A stretch of DNA of 64,000 nucleotides from assembly GCA_021613535.1 (NCBI GenBank), contig CP075497.1, positions 12,896,001-12,960,000 of the forward strand, in the 5' to 3' direction. Position numbers and translations under genes: made by a program. The stretch is from Adineta vaga (taxonomy: Eukaryota > Animalia > Rotifera). Below are positions 1-14,542 of this stretch, piece by piece. The stretch's first letter is position 1, and the number at the start of each line of letters is the position of its first letter. The notes beneath the pieces were generated by a model. It had not been told where the DNA came from. It worked only from the letters and a program-made list of their open reading frames with translations, and made no database searches.

Positions 1-1229
1 CTGCTGTATAATTAACATTTGAGAGATACATCTATTGATTGATAGAATATTCGACTGTAGTCTATCTACTCTATATTTTTTCTATCAAATCAATAAAACG
101 AATATATGAAAAACATAATTCTCGTTGTAAATTTTTTTAAATCATCACATATAAAATCTTAAATTGATAAACTATGATACAGATCATCTTCATTATTACA
201 TTATAGCATGTCGAATTTCTTTGCAATTTATTCAGCAATGATTGTGACAGTTCCTGCAGTTCTACTAATAACATTTTATAATAAGTTGTTTGTGAAGGTA
301 TTTTTTTAATACTTTAATGACAGTATTCAAATCAAGTTTTATCTTAAATTCTATCGCATTTTATTGGTTTTTCGCACAACTTTAAATCGTAATTACATTG
401 TCGTTTATTAAAGAAAATAGTCCATGTAACAAAGAATACTGTCATTCACATGATGAAATAATATAAATTTCATTAGTTAATTTGTTTTCACTTCATTCTT
501 GAAAACTTCCATATATATTAATGTTGTATTTGTTGAGGGTGAGTTAATGATCGATAGATCTAACAATAGTGCTAAATTATACAACTCATGAATAAAAATA
601 ATATGATTCATTTTTTCCATATTATTATGAATAGCATAAATGGTTTTTTTTTCCTTAGCCATATGTGATGGATGCATCTGCTCATGAATATGAAACACAT
701 ACGAGCAGAAACATTTTCTAAGAAAAATCAACATTGATATCCTGGATTTTCTAAAGCATTCTCTCTTCGTCTATTTTAGTTAGGAAAAAAAAGACTTATA
801 AAGCAAATAATGAAAATGATAACAGCAGTAATGTTGATAGAGTTATTTCTGAAATTGTTTTTAAAAAAGTATTGATTATTCAGTAAAAGTACAGTTTATT
901 TAGAAACATAACAGGATGATGAATATTGTTTTTTTTCTGTCGAATATCACATCTCTGATGTTATTTATTTCATAATGAAATATTAGTTGTATACAAGAAA
1001 AAAAAATGGATGAAGTTAGTCAAAATTGTGCAGAACTTCAAGTTTAATATAAGATCATAGATATTTTGTTGTATATCAACAAGGATGAAATTTTATTTCT
1101 TTTAAAACGGAACAAACGAAGTATGTTCATGATAAAATACTTTTAACAAATTGACGTCAAAGGAAAATGTAGATATATTCATATAAATTCCCAGTATATT
1201 TTATTATTTTCTTTTTATAAAATCAAATC

Positions 1230-4200
1230 ATGTTTCATATGAAATCTGTTTTGTATTTTATTTTCTTACATTGTATTGTAGCTGTACCACAAATGAATCT
1301 TTATTTTACTGATCAAGTAAACGTCAATTTATTTGATGAGTTAGGTGTGCGATATAATTGTTTACGATTTTTTTCAAATCTCAAGCACAAAAGTGTTAGT
1401 CGAGACATCATATCGCTTTGTATGAGTGAATCATCATCAACACTCACCATTACAAATGATGAAGAAGATTCAATACAAAGATTTTCTTTTGATGATCTTG
1501 CAAAACGCAATATTACAAGTGAAGAATTATATCAATGGTCAATACCAATTGATACAATTGAACAATATCAATACTATTTACAATCAAATGACTCGTCTTT
1601 GACAAAAGAATTCATTTATAATTGTACATTACCAAGATTTGGACCAATGTGTCAATATGAATTATATTATTATCATCAAAACTATTCAACATTATTGGAA
1701 ATGATTCATGGTTATTATCAAAACGATTTACATAAGTCAAATGGTACGACGTTTTATACTCATTTGAAATGTAATCGTGGTTATGCACCTGTATGTTTAG
1801 ATTGGTCAGAAATTTGTGATGGTAAAGTTGATTGTCTTGATGGAAATTATGATGAAGAACATTGTTGGCAACTTGAACTGAATGAATGTCAAGAAAATGA
1901 ATTTAAATGTACGATTGGACAATGTATACCGAATGAATTTCTTCATGATAGATCAGGAAGTTTCGATTGTATTGATAGATCTGATGAAATAACAAGAAAG
2001 TATTATTCAAAGCTAGTTATTACCGTAATTGAACAAATTTTTGGAAAAGAAGATGCGAGATGTGAAACGACATTCTTAACAAGTAGTTGTGATTCTACAC
2101 GTTCAGATCAACTTATCGATTCGATGTTTTCAATCAAAGATCGTTCGATATCGGACAAATGTTTGTTCGCTTTTCCAAGTTCGCACTATCAATATATTAC
2201 CTTTAAAACTATTAGTGAAGTATGTATACCTACCATAAGAAAAGAATGGCCAGATGTTTTATATTTTCCCAATATTCCATTATTTTTCGGTCATATTTAT
2301 ACAGTTTACAAGAAGAATGATCTATTATTTCAAGAATATTTTTTACCACCTTATTTATGTTTGAATAAATCTTTTCATAATGTATCACTTAATCTAATTC
2401 CAGACATGTCAATGAACGACACAAAATGCTTTATCCTTCCTGAAATTGAATTGCCTGCACCGGCAAGTATGATAACAATCTGGCAATTTCGATATATGGA
2501 TTTGATGAGTCATATTTTTCATGACATCAAAAATTTCAATCCAATAGTTAATTTTCCACCGAATCCATGTAATACACTCAATTTATATCAATGCATCAAT
2601 TCGTCAAAATGTATTTCATTTCATCGTTTACTCAATGGTAAATTTGATTGTCCCTATAATGATGATGAAAATATATCAGAAGATACGAATTCTCAGTTAT
2701 TTGATCGATTTAAAGATAAATATTATCATTGCTTCTATACCAACAAGTATATTTCAAAGACACGTCTTTTCGATGGATATTGTGATTGTTATTTAAAAGA
2801 ACTTGGTTTCTGTGAAGATGAAGATGAATACAAGAACCATACGACAAGAACGATGTCTTTTCAGACTATGTGTGATACCTTCAAAGAATTACATCTAATA
2901 GAAATCGACAAACAAAATCATACAGATGAAACGGAATGCGATCAATGGGAATGTGATAATATTTATACTCGTTGTGATAGAATATGGAATTGTGAGAATG
3001 GAAAAGATGAAACGGGTTGTGATATAACAACAACTATATTTAATTGTTCGTTAAATACCCAAATATGTGTGACATTAGATAAATTAAAATTATCATGTTT
3101 ATCAATTGATAAGATTAATGATGGTCAAATCGATTGTCTTGGTGCGACTGATGAACGAAAACAGTGTAACAATGGACTATTTCATTGTATAAACAGAAAT
3201 ACATCAAGATGTCTTACTACTAATAAATTGTGTAATAATCTAACCGATTGTTTAACTGGAGATGATGAACAATTTTGTCAAAAAAATCGATCAATCCCAA
3301 ATTATGAAACTATTTGTTCCCCAGATTATTTCTGATTACGCACTGATATTGAACAATTTTTCTGTGAGTTTTTCAAAAAGATCAACAAGGCAGAGAAAAA
3401 ATATTTTAAAATTAGTGGCTTCAATCAATTATCGAATGATACTGAAGTAATAGAAAAAGAAACAATCAATGTAATACCTACAGATTATGAAAATCATTGT
3501 CATCATGGTCTTGATTTACGTGTTTGGCTAAATCAAACATCGAATAATTATACAAATACATGTCTTTGTCCACCTGCTTATTATGGTTCACAATGTCAAT
3601 ATCAAAATCAACGTTTGAGTTTATCATTACGCTTTTATGCGTCAATTGAATCATAGCGAATTCTATTTGCAATATTAATGTTATTAATTGATAATACAAA
3701 TCAACGAACAATTCATTCCTATGAACAATTTACTTATTTATCAGTACGAGATTGTAAAATTATATTTAATCTTCATTTATTCTATGCAACTCGACCAAAA
3801 GATATGAAGAGTAATTATTCAATTCATATTGATATTTATGAAAAATCTTTTCTTAAATATCGAGCAAGTTTTATTTATCCAGTAAAATTCTCATTTTTAC
3901 CAGTTCATCGTTTACCATTCATTGTAAATATTCCATCATTAGATTATTATCAACAACATATTTGTTCAAATCATCAATGTCAACATGGAAAATGTATAAA
4001 ATATTTTAATGAAGAAGAAACATTTTGTCAATGTGATCAAGGATGGTCAGGACAATATTGTCATATTCAATTTAATTGTTCTTGTTCACCAACAAATTCC
4101 TTATGTATTGGTATGTTAAATGATAATCGATTAATTTGTTTATGTAAAGAAAATCAATTTGGTTCTCGATGTTATCTTCGTAATCGAATATGTGAAAGTT

Positions 4201-5951
4201 TTCCATGTGAAAATAGTGGTTTATGTATTCCAAATGATGTTTTGATGATATCAAATCAAATTAAATTTACTTGTTCATGTCAAAAAGGTTTTAGTGGCGA
4301 TCGATGTGAAATAATTGATAATCAAGTTGATATTATATTTGATAATGATATGGAATTATCTCAATCAGTTTTTATTCATTTTATAAGAATTATTTCATTT
4401 GATGAATTTGCAAAAGAAATTCCGAAAATATCACCAGAAAGATCATCAACATTACAAATGATATCTCAATCAACAAATTCAATTCGAGTTTATTGGTCAC
4501 AACTATTTCATTTCATTTTTATTGTAACATTGGATAAGATTTATTATTTAGTTTATCTTCAATCAAATTATATTCTTTCAAGAAAAATAACTCAAAAAAT
4601 TAATAAATCTCATCGTTGTTTATCAGTCAATGAATTAGTAAATGAAACATTTGCTCAACTTCACGTTCTTCGTCGAATGAAATATTATCATTCAATTTGT
4701 CAACAATATTCTTCTTATCTTTTATGTTTTTATGATAAACAACATCTTTGTTTATGTTATAATCATCAAGGAAAATATTTAGCAAATTGTTTTAATTTTA
4801 ATCATGAAATGAAATTTGATTGTTCAGGACAAAGTACTTGTCAACATGATGGTCAATGTTTTCAAGATTCATCGGAATGTTCAAAACGATTTATTTGTTC
4901 TTGTCGTTTATGTTATTATGGAATTCGATGTCAATTTTCAACAAGTGAATTTGGTTTATCACTTAATGCTATTTTAGCTTATCATATTATTCCTCATCTT
5001 AATCTTTTTTCTCAAACATCAATTGTTAAAGTAAGTTTTTTATTAACAATTCTATTTATAATTATTGGAATGATCAATGGTATTCTTTCATTAATTACAT
5101 TTAAAAATAAACTTGTTTGTGAAGTTGGTTGTGGAATTTATTTATTTAATTCATCATTAACAACATTATTAACAATGATTTTCTTTGGATTAAAATATTT
5201 TATTTATCTTTCAACACAAATGTCAATTTTATCGAATAAATTCTTTTTGAAAATTCAATGTTCTTCGTTAGATTTTCTTCTTCGAATTTGTCTTAATATG
5301 GATCAATGGTTAAATGCATGTGTTGCTTTAGTACGAACAATTACAATCATTCAAGGTACAAATTTTAATAAAAAGAAAAGTAAAGAATTTGCAAAGAAAA
5401 CAATCATTATTCTTTTTATTTTCAATATATTAATATCAATTCATGATCCAATTTATCGACGTTTATTTGAAGAAGAAAATGAAAATGATGATATGAAAAG
5501 AATTTGGTGTATTGTTAATTATTCATCCAATTTACAAATTTATAATCGAATTATGAATACATTTCATTTTTTTGTTCCATTTCTAATTAATTTAATTTCA
5601 TCAATTATTTTAATCATAAAAAAATCTCATCAACAATTTCATCTTCATGAAAATCAATCTTATTCAAATACATTACGTACGCAATTTCAAGAACATCAAC
5701 GTTTATTAATTGCACCTGTAATTTTAGTTATTCTTGCATTACCACGTTTAATTATTTCATATGTATCAAAATGTATGAATTCAAAAAAAGATTCATGGTT
5801 ATTTCTTTTGGCATATTTTATTTCAGTTATTCCTACAATAATCATATTTCTTATTTTTGTTATTCCATCGAAATTTTATATGGAAGAATATCGAAAATCA
5901 ATTATACAATATCGACAACGAATTCAAAAACATATTAGTCGAAGATTATAA
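1230..5951 (+). pseudogene. Giant LDLa-repeat/EGF/7TM (rhodopsin-like GPCR) gene interrupted by two in-frame stops
   Basis: ORFs 1230-3335 and 3678-5951 are in the same frame. The gap translates as protein-like sequence (HCHHGLDLRVW...CLCPPAYYGSQCQYQNQR) with TGA at 3333-3335 and TAG at 3654-3656. Signal peptide, LDLa motifs (CDGKVDCLDGNYDE), EGF motifs and a C-terminal 7TM region. Confidence 0.8.
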
Positions 5952-6157
5952 ATATATCAAAACGAAACTTTGTTGATCATTGACTAATTTGTTTCCTCTA
6001 AAATCTATTTGAATGTACATCTTATGCTTTTGTTTTTCATAATTTTTCTATTTTATAAGATATCAACAAATGACGAAGAAGTTTATTTCATTTTGGATTA
6101 AATCGTACATAAGAAGGAAACTTTTTCAAGTAGTTAAACAAAAAAATGGATATAATA

Positions 6158-6857
6158 TCAAAAATGATCTTTGCAAGAACATTCGCCATTAGTAGAAAAA
6201 CGATGAATACGATTAGGATCACGAATAACAATTTCACATTGTCGAATTTTAGCCACTTGTTTCATAAATTGATCTGAAGAAAAAAAAGAATAAAAACATT
6301 GTTTAAACATAAACAAAAACTTACGACAATCATGACAGATACGAATATTATTAGTTATTTGAATAAAAGTTGTATTAGGTTTCATAATGAAATTATAGGC
6401 TAATGCAAGTCTTTCACTATGATGAGCACATGAACCAGATTCCCTTTCTATTTCATTCTCATGATATAACCACCATGAATCAAGTTGAATATCAACGTTT
6501 TGAGATTGATTATGAAATGTAGATTTCTATAGAAAAAAGAAAATTTGTTTTTCATATACTAACAATTTTGATAGATATATATTTTTACCATCAATTCTTC
6601 ATCTACTTCACTAATATTTGACTTTTTCATTGTGACTTTATTTTCTAATTCTTTTCTTTTCTTTTCTACAGATTGATTTGATAATGAAGACATATTAGTA
6701 ATAAGAATTTGTCTTTGATTATCTAATTTGTGTAATAAAATTACTTATTTCAATTTCATATAGATTACTTACATACGCTTGATTGTTGATTGACAAGATC
6801 CAAAACATTTTTATAATGTTTAATATTGATGCATTTTTTCATCAATGAAATAAACAT
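6158..6857 (-). CDS. Short E-DYW-type cytidine deaminase (PPR-DYW family C-terminus, no PPR array), 4 exons, ~178 aa
   Basis: Exons 6857-6773, 6722-6589, 6526-6325 and 6273-6158 join in frame via GT-AG introns. Protein has HHSERLALAYNF...NIRICHDCH...IVIRDPNRIHRF...GECSCKDHF*, matching the DYW consensus HSEKLA...NLRVCxDCH...RDxxRFHHF...CSCxDYW. Confidence 0.85.
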
Positions 6858-7200
6858 TTTCTAAAAGAAATTTCAGTTATTCTTGTTTATCTTTCGTTTA
6901 GTAGAAATTCTATCTAATATTTCCTTTCTTTCAAACGATTTATTTCTATTTATATCATTTAATTGGTGATGAATTTAGATTAGATTACATTAAATCTCTA
7001 ACAAAAGAAAAGATGTCGTTGTATGTTAATCTCAAGAACATAGAAGAGATAAAATCATGATTATCTTCAAAAATTCTTAAGTATAATTCATCCTGTTTCC
7101 AGGATATGTTATATTATCAAAAACAAGAACATTTATTTCCACTCGATAAGTAGCAATAAAATTCAAAAAAGCGCTTTTCATACATTTTCTCTTTATTTAA

Positions 7201-7265
7201 GGGTGGGTGTGGGTGTGGGTGTGGATGATAGTTTTATCTGACACCCACACCCACCCCAACCTCAA
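7201..7265. repeat. Telomere-like palindromic element (best copy)
   Basis: GGGTGGGTGTGGGTGT (7201-7216) is the perfect reverse complement of ACACCCACACCCACCC (7241-7256). Confidence 0.9.
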
Positions 7266-7620
7266 TGAAGACGATGACATAGCATAAAAACTTACTCTCG
7301 CACTATTTTCCTCTTGTGAGTAAAGATCTTACAAAAAAAATGAGCCTACCCTAGATTCAAAACGTTCTGCTGCCTATGAATCAGGACTAAATTTTCATCG
7401 ATTTATAGGCTGCTTCGACCTGATTGGCTTGGATAAACAAACAAACTTTAAGCATTTTAACAATCCTATTTAAGGAGCCTATATAATCCTTTCTTTCAGA
7501 AAAGAGGACTATGCATGTGGAAAAGTTGAAAAATTTTCTTTTCTAGTACACTATATGATATGAGTTTAATTTGTATAGATGAAAAAACACTATGATTTCT
7601 GTACAATTAAATAAAATTAG

Positions 7621-10600
7621 TTATGATCTTTGTCGAAATGTGAAGAAACAATTTTGAATAAATGTAGGTACAATTAATTTGATAAAAGCAAATAATGCTC
7701 TTCGATAAACTTCAGAAGGTAGAATAAATGCAAAGAGTACAGACATTGAAGGTAAAAAGCCAATAAGATAACTTGGTAAAGTAACAAATGGATATCGATC
7801 AAGTTTACTACACACAAATACAAAGGCAAATACCAATCGAGGTATAGCAAATATAGCTAAAAGAATAGGTGCAATTAATATATGTTTATATTTAATTATA
7901 TGTGCTTTGATATGTTTTCCTTGTATTTTCGATAGAAAATTCATATTCATCGTAGTTAAACCAAAATTAATAGTAATTGGACGTTTAATATTTTCTACTT
8001 TTGTTATAGTTTTTTGTTTCATACGAGATGTACCTATAATTATACTAATACTACATACAATGTTAATAATTAATGGTATTACAAATAAAAATATATTTGA
8101 AGTTGAATATAAAGTTAAAAGTATCGGTTGATCAGAAGTAAGTGTAAATGCACACCAATTTGTTTCATCATATGTATCAATAACTATTCGACGATATATT
8201 AATTCAGGTGAACTAATAAAAGCAATAATTATAGATACAAGAATTGACATCCATTTAGCTGTTCTTTTACTTTTTAATCGAGAAAATTTCAATTGATATT
8301 TAACAGCTAATGTTCTTTCAATAGCTACACATGCATTTAAATATTCACAAGTTATTAAAGAAAATTTAATTAAAAATTCAATAAGTGCACATGATACATT
8401 TCCATGATGAATAAGAAATAAGAAAATTAATTTAAGAGTTAATATAAAACTAGTAAATAAACCAAAACATGATGAAATTAATAAATAAATACCAGAACCA
8501 ACATCATGTGTTATTTCTTGATAAAATGTACCAATTCCTAATATATTCAATAAAATTCCAATAATAATACATAAACTAATCAAAATAATACTAATTTTAG
8601 TAATTGTTTTCGATGTTACTAGATGTATATGTGATCCAATAATAGCATCAAGTGAAAGAGAATAACCAGTTCGAGAAAATTGACACCATTCTCCATAAGT
8701 ACATGGTTCACAAAGACATAATGAATTTCTTGGACAAAGATTATGATCTTGTACACATAAACCACGATTACTACATTTATTTTCTGAACATCCATATGCT
8801 GTTGGTTCAAAATTAAAACAATCACTATAATTTCTTTCATCACATAAACACATTAATTTATCATCATAAAAACATAAATGATCTTTTTTACGACATATTT
8901 GTTGATAATATTTAACACGATGTAATTTTAATAGATTAATTATATTAGAATTAAATAATTCATTGATTGATCGACATCGATGAGATATATCGACTTGACT
9001 ATTTATTTCTTCTAATCCAATACTATTCATTTGACGTGTTAATAAAAGATAATATTCATATTGATCACGATGTTCATAGAGTTGAATAAAAATTAAATTA
9101 TGTAAATAATTTTCATTAAAATAAAATGTATAATTCGATATATTTGAACGAAGACGATGAAAATAAGTAAAATGTCTTGGTTCATAATTGATATTAACAT
9201 CAAATGTATGAAGAAATACAATATTTGATGATGGTATACGAATATTTGAAGTAAATCTTACATGAATACGACTTTTCATTTGTTCACATTCATTACCAAA
9301 CCATTCGACATGACATTCACAAATAAATTGTTCAGTTTCATAAAGATGTGAATCAATTGGTATACATATTCCATGGCCACTACAATTTTGTTTCATACAT
9401 GGATTAAATGGTATAAAACATCGACGACCAGTTAATGTTAATGGACATAGACAAATATCTTGACGAAGATCAATATCATAACCAATACAACGAGAAATAT
9501 TTGAACATAAATTACAATTTGTATTATTAAATTGAAATGTTTGTGTTGTAAAACTATCAGGTATAAGTAATTGTTTTACTATTCGATTGACAGGTAAAAA
9601 TTCAAATGGAATAGGAAATATCCATGAAGTACGATATTCTAATGTTTTAGCAACAAATACATGAATATGTATCGAATGATTTTGTAAGAGAAATAATGAT
9701 TCATTTATTGGATAATACAATTGAGTTAAATATCGTGGTAAACAATGACGATATGGTGTATATACAATTTGATCATGTGAAATTATTAAATTTGAATTAT
9801 TATTACGTATTAATAAAATAACAATTTTGAATAAAGGAAGTAAATTATTAAATGAACTTATAGTTCGTAATTGAAGAATTATGGTAATTCGTTTACGTTG
9901 AAATTGACATCGATCACCATAATAAGAATCTGTACATAGACAATAGAAACCAAGTGAACTACTAGATGAATAAACATATATTCCTCTATTACAATACCAA
10001 TGAAAATGATCAATATCTTTTGATAAACTTCGAATAATTTGATTCTTTTTTAATTTAGGAATTTCTTGAATATCAATTGTAGTAAATGGTCGATTTGTTG
10101 ATCGATCATTGAGATCACAGAAAAGATAATTTTCTCTTTCAATACATTCCGAAGAAGCAACATCACAACGTGTTAAAAATGATATCATTGTTGTATATTC
10201 ACCATTACGACATCGAAATAGATTATGATCACAATTTGTTTTTCTTCCATGATTAAGCCAATAACATGCAATTGTTTCATCATCATTTAAAGGACAATTC
10301 TGATAACAATTACATATTTCATAGATTGAAATACATTTAGTCGAATTTTGACATCGATAACGACGCATAAATTCATATGGAAAATGATTACGACAAAATT
10401 CTCGTTCATCAAATGAACCAACACAATCAATAATATTATCACCAGCTTGTTCTTTTGATAAACAAATTGGATATCCATTTGAAATATTCAAAGAAAAATG
10501 ACTTATAGAATTACAATGATATTGCGAAAGAATAGACGAACGACAATCAAGTTCATCATGTCCGTCAGGACAATTCCAAACACTATTACATTTTGTATAT

Positions 10601-12220
10601 TGTGTTAAACAATTCCATTCAGTCATAGGACAATTTGATTCATCTGTATTATTATTCATATCTGGAATACGTTCAAGAATACGATTACAAAGTTGATTAA
10701 ATGTCATATTAAATTGATGTATTTGACGACGATGAGCATAACATTCTTCTGTATATGGATCTTCACAAAGTGATGTATGTGCAAAATTTTCATCACTTCT
10801 ATCACCACAATCATCCTATCAATATAATAAATAATAAATTTCAAATATAAATAAGTTATATACTTACAATATAATTACGTATCAATGAATGATGAATACA
10901 TTTTAATCCATTATCACATTTAAATCTATATGAAAGATTAAGATCACATACATTTAATTGATGTTCATCTTCTCCGTTTGAACAATCATTTTGACCATCG
11001 GATAATCGATGTTTTGAAAAACATTTACTCCCATCAATACATTGAAATAATGTACAATTATTCATTTGATCATTTTTAGATAATAATGAACATGAAAGAA
11101 CAAAACGCTTTAAATCTTTGATCATATCAGAAAAACTAATATATCTTTTATGACTAAATGTTTCAAATGCTCGACAATATAAACCATTATTATTATAATT
11201 AGAAACATTGTTCAATAAATATGGACATAATGTTTTATTAAAACAAATCGATATTGGTATTAAATCATTATAAATTATATAAATATTTGAAAATAAAATA
11301 ATTCTAGATAATGACATTTGTTTAAAATAAAGATAATCTCGATGAGATTTACAGAATAATTCTGATGAATCTTTACTTGGTCCATCATAACAATCACCAT
11401 CACCACATGAAAACCATGTTAAAGGACATATTTTATCTTCACATCTTATATCAAATATATCGAAGCAATAATTAACACCTCCACTCATTTCATCAGAGTA
11501 ATCCATACAATCCATATAATAATCCCAGTAAAAAACTTTATCAATACATTGTCCATTACGACAACGATATTCAGTTAATGGATCACATTCATTCATTTCA
11601 AGTTGATAACAATAAATTTCATCAAATCCATTACTACAATCGATCTTACCATCGCAAATTTCTCTCCAATCTAAACATAAAATTGATTGACATTCAATGC
11701 CACCTGTCTCGAAACATACACTATTATTGACTAATAAAAGATCATCAGGAATAGTTTTCTTTTCTCCAAATTGAATATCAACAATATCAGGAAAATAACT
11801 TGATGAGTCAAATGTATATTCACAATTTGGTCCAAACCAAAACTTATCATTTTGAGAACAATTAATAAATAATCCTATTTTAACACCTGATTCATATTCT
11901 TCAATTATATCCATAGGTGCATACCAATTCAAAAGTTGTTCACTTGTAATATTCATTAATCGTAAACGATCAAATGTAAAAGGATCACCATGAATGTTGT
12001 TTTTGTTCTCTTTCGATGATGAATATCGACAAAAGCGTACAGTGTGAATACGGGCATTTGATTCAAATAAATTATCGTTCAATATTCTCGCCACGACATC
12101 ATGTAGACAATCGAAAGCACCAGCTGCAGTAACACTTCGTGTTTCATACATTCGACGAGAAGCATCAGATGAATTACATAATGAAAAGAATACAATAACG
12201 AGATTTATATACTTCGACAT
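7621..12220 (-). CDS. Giant LDLa-repeat/EGF/7TM GPCR-like receptor, 2 exons
   Basis: ATG at 12220 with signal peptide. A 52-bp GT-AG intron (10816-10867) joins the two ORFs in frame. LDLa repeats (CLDWREICDGKIDCSNGFDE), EGF repeats and 7TM with ACVAIERT (DRY-like). Confidence 0.85.
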
Positions 12221-12780
12221 TTTATTTATCAACTAACAATAATATGAAAAAAGTCAGTTAAGGGAAAAAAATATTAAATGAACGTCTGTTAAATAGAAAT
12301 GATATATAATGAAAGCATTTAGATATTTGCATTCATAATAACTGATACGTTACTTATATATGCAATCCTGCTCAGCACTATAGTTGCCAGTATAACAGAA
12401 ATTCACATCCGGCTGCGATATTAAGCATGATTTTAGTTGTAAGAAGATAACATGTCAGAATACAAGAGAGATCTTATATATACATAGAGACATTGATCTA
12501 TAGCGCTATAATATTATCAAAACCGAAGGAATTGAGTAGAGTCTTTCTTTACATAGTACTTTTATTAATATTTTAAAAGACGATAATGTAATGCATGACT
12601 CGATGTCAAAGATTAATAAATGGATTTTAGTTGAATTGACACAGAAAAAAGCTGTTTTTCTTAGAGATTCAATTTTATATTGAAAATATGATTTAAATCC
12701 ATGGAAAATTCTTGATTTTACTTAAACTATCAATTTTTCATGATAAATGTAGGATATTTTATTATAAACAAGAAACGAAA

Positions 12781-13530
12781 TTAAATTTGTCCAAGACCAC
12801 CATCAACAAAAAGCTCAATACCAGTTATATAACTACTATCATCTGAAGCAAGAAAAACGACTGCTTTAGCTAATTCATCAGGGTTGGCTATACGACCAAT
12901 AGGTATCAATGATGTAAGTTGATCAAGAATTTGACCAGTTTCACTGTTTCCTATGGCTTGTAATGCTGGTGTATCAGTTAAACCTGGACTAACGGCATTA
13001 ACACGAATATGACGATCTTTTAAATCCACTGTCCAACAACGAGCAAATGATCGAACAGCTGCTTTTGAAGCAGAATAAACACTTTCACCTGGATATCCTT
13101 TGATTGAACCAACAGATGCATTCAGTATGATTGATCCACCATTGGTGAATATTGGTAATGCTTTTTGAACAGTAAATAAAACTGCTTTTACATTAATATT
13201 AAATACTTTATCAAAATGTTCTTCTGTTACTTTTTCAAGAGGTGCCAAATCACCAATACCAGCATTAACAAAAAGAATATCCAATCGTCCTTTTTCTTTT
13301 TTAATAATACTATATAATTTATCAAGATCGGTCATTTTAGTTGCATCATTTTGTACTGCAGTCACGTATTTATTTCCCAGGATTTCAACTGCTTTGTCAA
13401 GTATTTCTTGACGTCGACCAGTAATAAAGACATGTTCGATACCTTCAGCAATAAATTGTTGAGCTGTGGAAAAACCAATACCTTCTGAACCACCCGTGAT
13501 AAGAGCAATTTTTCCATCCAGTTTACCCAT
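12781..13530 (-). CDS. Short-chain dehydrogenase/reductase (classical SDR, bacterial-like), intronless
   Basis: TGGSEGIG cofactor motif, NAG, YSASK catalytic motif, IRVNAVSPG and C-terminal ITGIELFVDGG. Confidence 0.92.
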   Translation of the reverse strand: MGKLDGKIALITGGSEGIGFSTAQQFIAEGIEHVFITGRRQEILDKAVEILGNKYVTAVQNDATKMTDLDKLYSIIKKEKGRLDILFVNAGIGDLAPLEKVTEEHFDKVFNINVKAVLFTVQKALPIFTNGGSIILNASVGSIKGYPGESVYSASKAAVRSFARCWTVDLKDRHIRVNAVSPGLTDTPALQAIGNSETGQILDQLTSLIPIGRIANPDELAKAVVFLASDDSSYITGIELFVDGGLGQI

Positions 13531-14542
13531 TTTTTTTATCTTATGTAAAAGAACGTAATAATCACATTTATATAAGGTAGAAAAAAAAGCCTTGTCATGC
13601 TTATTTTTTTTTACTTTTCTGCACGATACATTTACCTATACTATATCGTGCTTTAAGAACAGTAGTAAACATTTCTTTTTTATTTTGTACTACGATGTTA
13701 AGTGCAATTTTTCTTTGGATTGTCATTGTAATAAAATCATTTGAGTAAATTGTCTTTCAGCACGAGATAAACGATTTTGAAGTGTACGAACAATTTTTAT
13801 AAGTTAATATTCCAAATACAGCTGGAAAAATGTTGAACTTAAATTTCATCTCCTAACCATACGAAATATCGATATCTATCAATGAAATCCTATTAAACAT
13901 ATACAACTGAAATACAGTCACATATAATAAACTTATTCGTATTTTACAACATATTTCCTTTGTTTGACTTGAATCTATATTTGTCAAAGCTGTATATGAA
14001 CGTGTAAATATTACAATAAAAAATCAAATAATGTCATAAATCGTCTTTGCTATTATATAGATTGTACATGATGATTGACGACAGTTTTCTTGTAGAAAAA
14101 TAATCGAAATTAATTAGAAGAAACAAATGACATCGTTCTGTTTCAAGATGGTCGTTGGATACAAATACTTTGTTCTTTCTTTCTATACTATGATATGTTC
14201 CTTTGACATTCACCCCTATTATTGTTATAAACATTCTTCTATCTTATTACTCTTTCTTTCGCGGTATCTCCATATTTTTCGCCTTGATAAGAATCATTAT
14301 TATTTTTTCTATATTTTCACTAGTAAATGGCACAATAAATCTTCCATATAAAAAATAACAGGTAAAATCGTTCAAAACGATAGGATTATTATTGCGTCGG
14401 AAGCTCCTACGGGAGAAGCTGGGGTTCTCTAATATCAAAACAGGCATTGTCAGTCGACTCAGGATCAGTCGAAGACCTAGACGCTGATTGATAAAAACTA
14501 CATGCAGGGAGAGAGATAAAAGGAAATGTCAGATAAAGTTGT

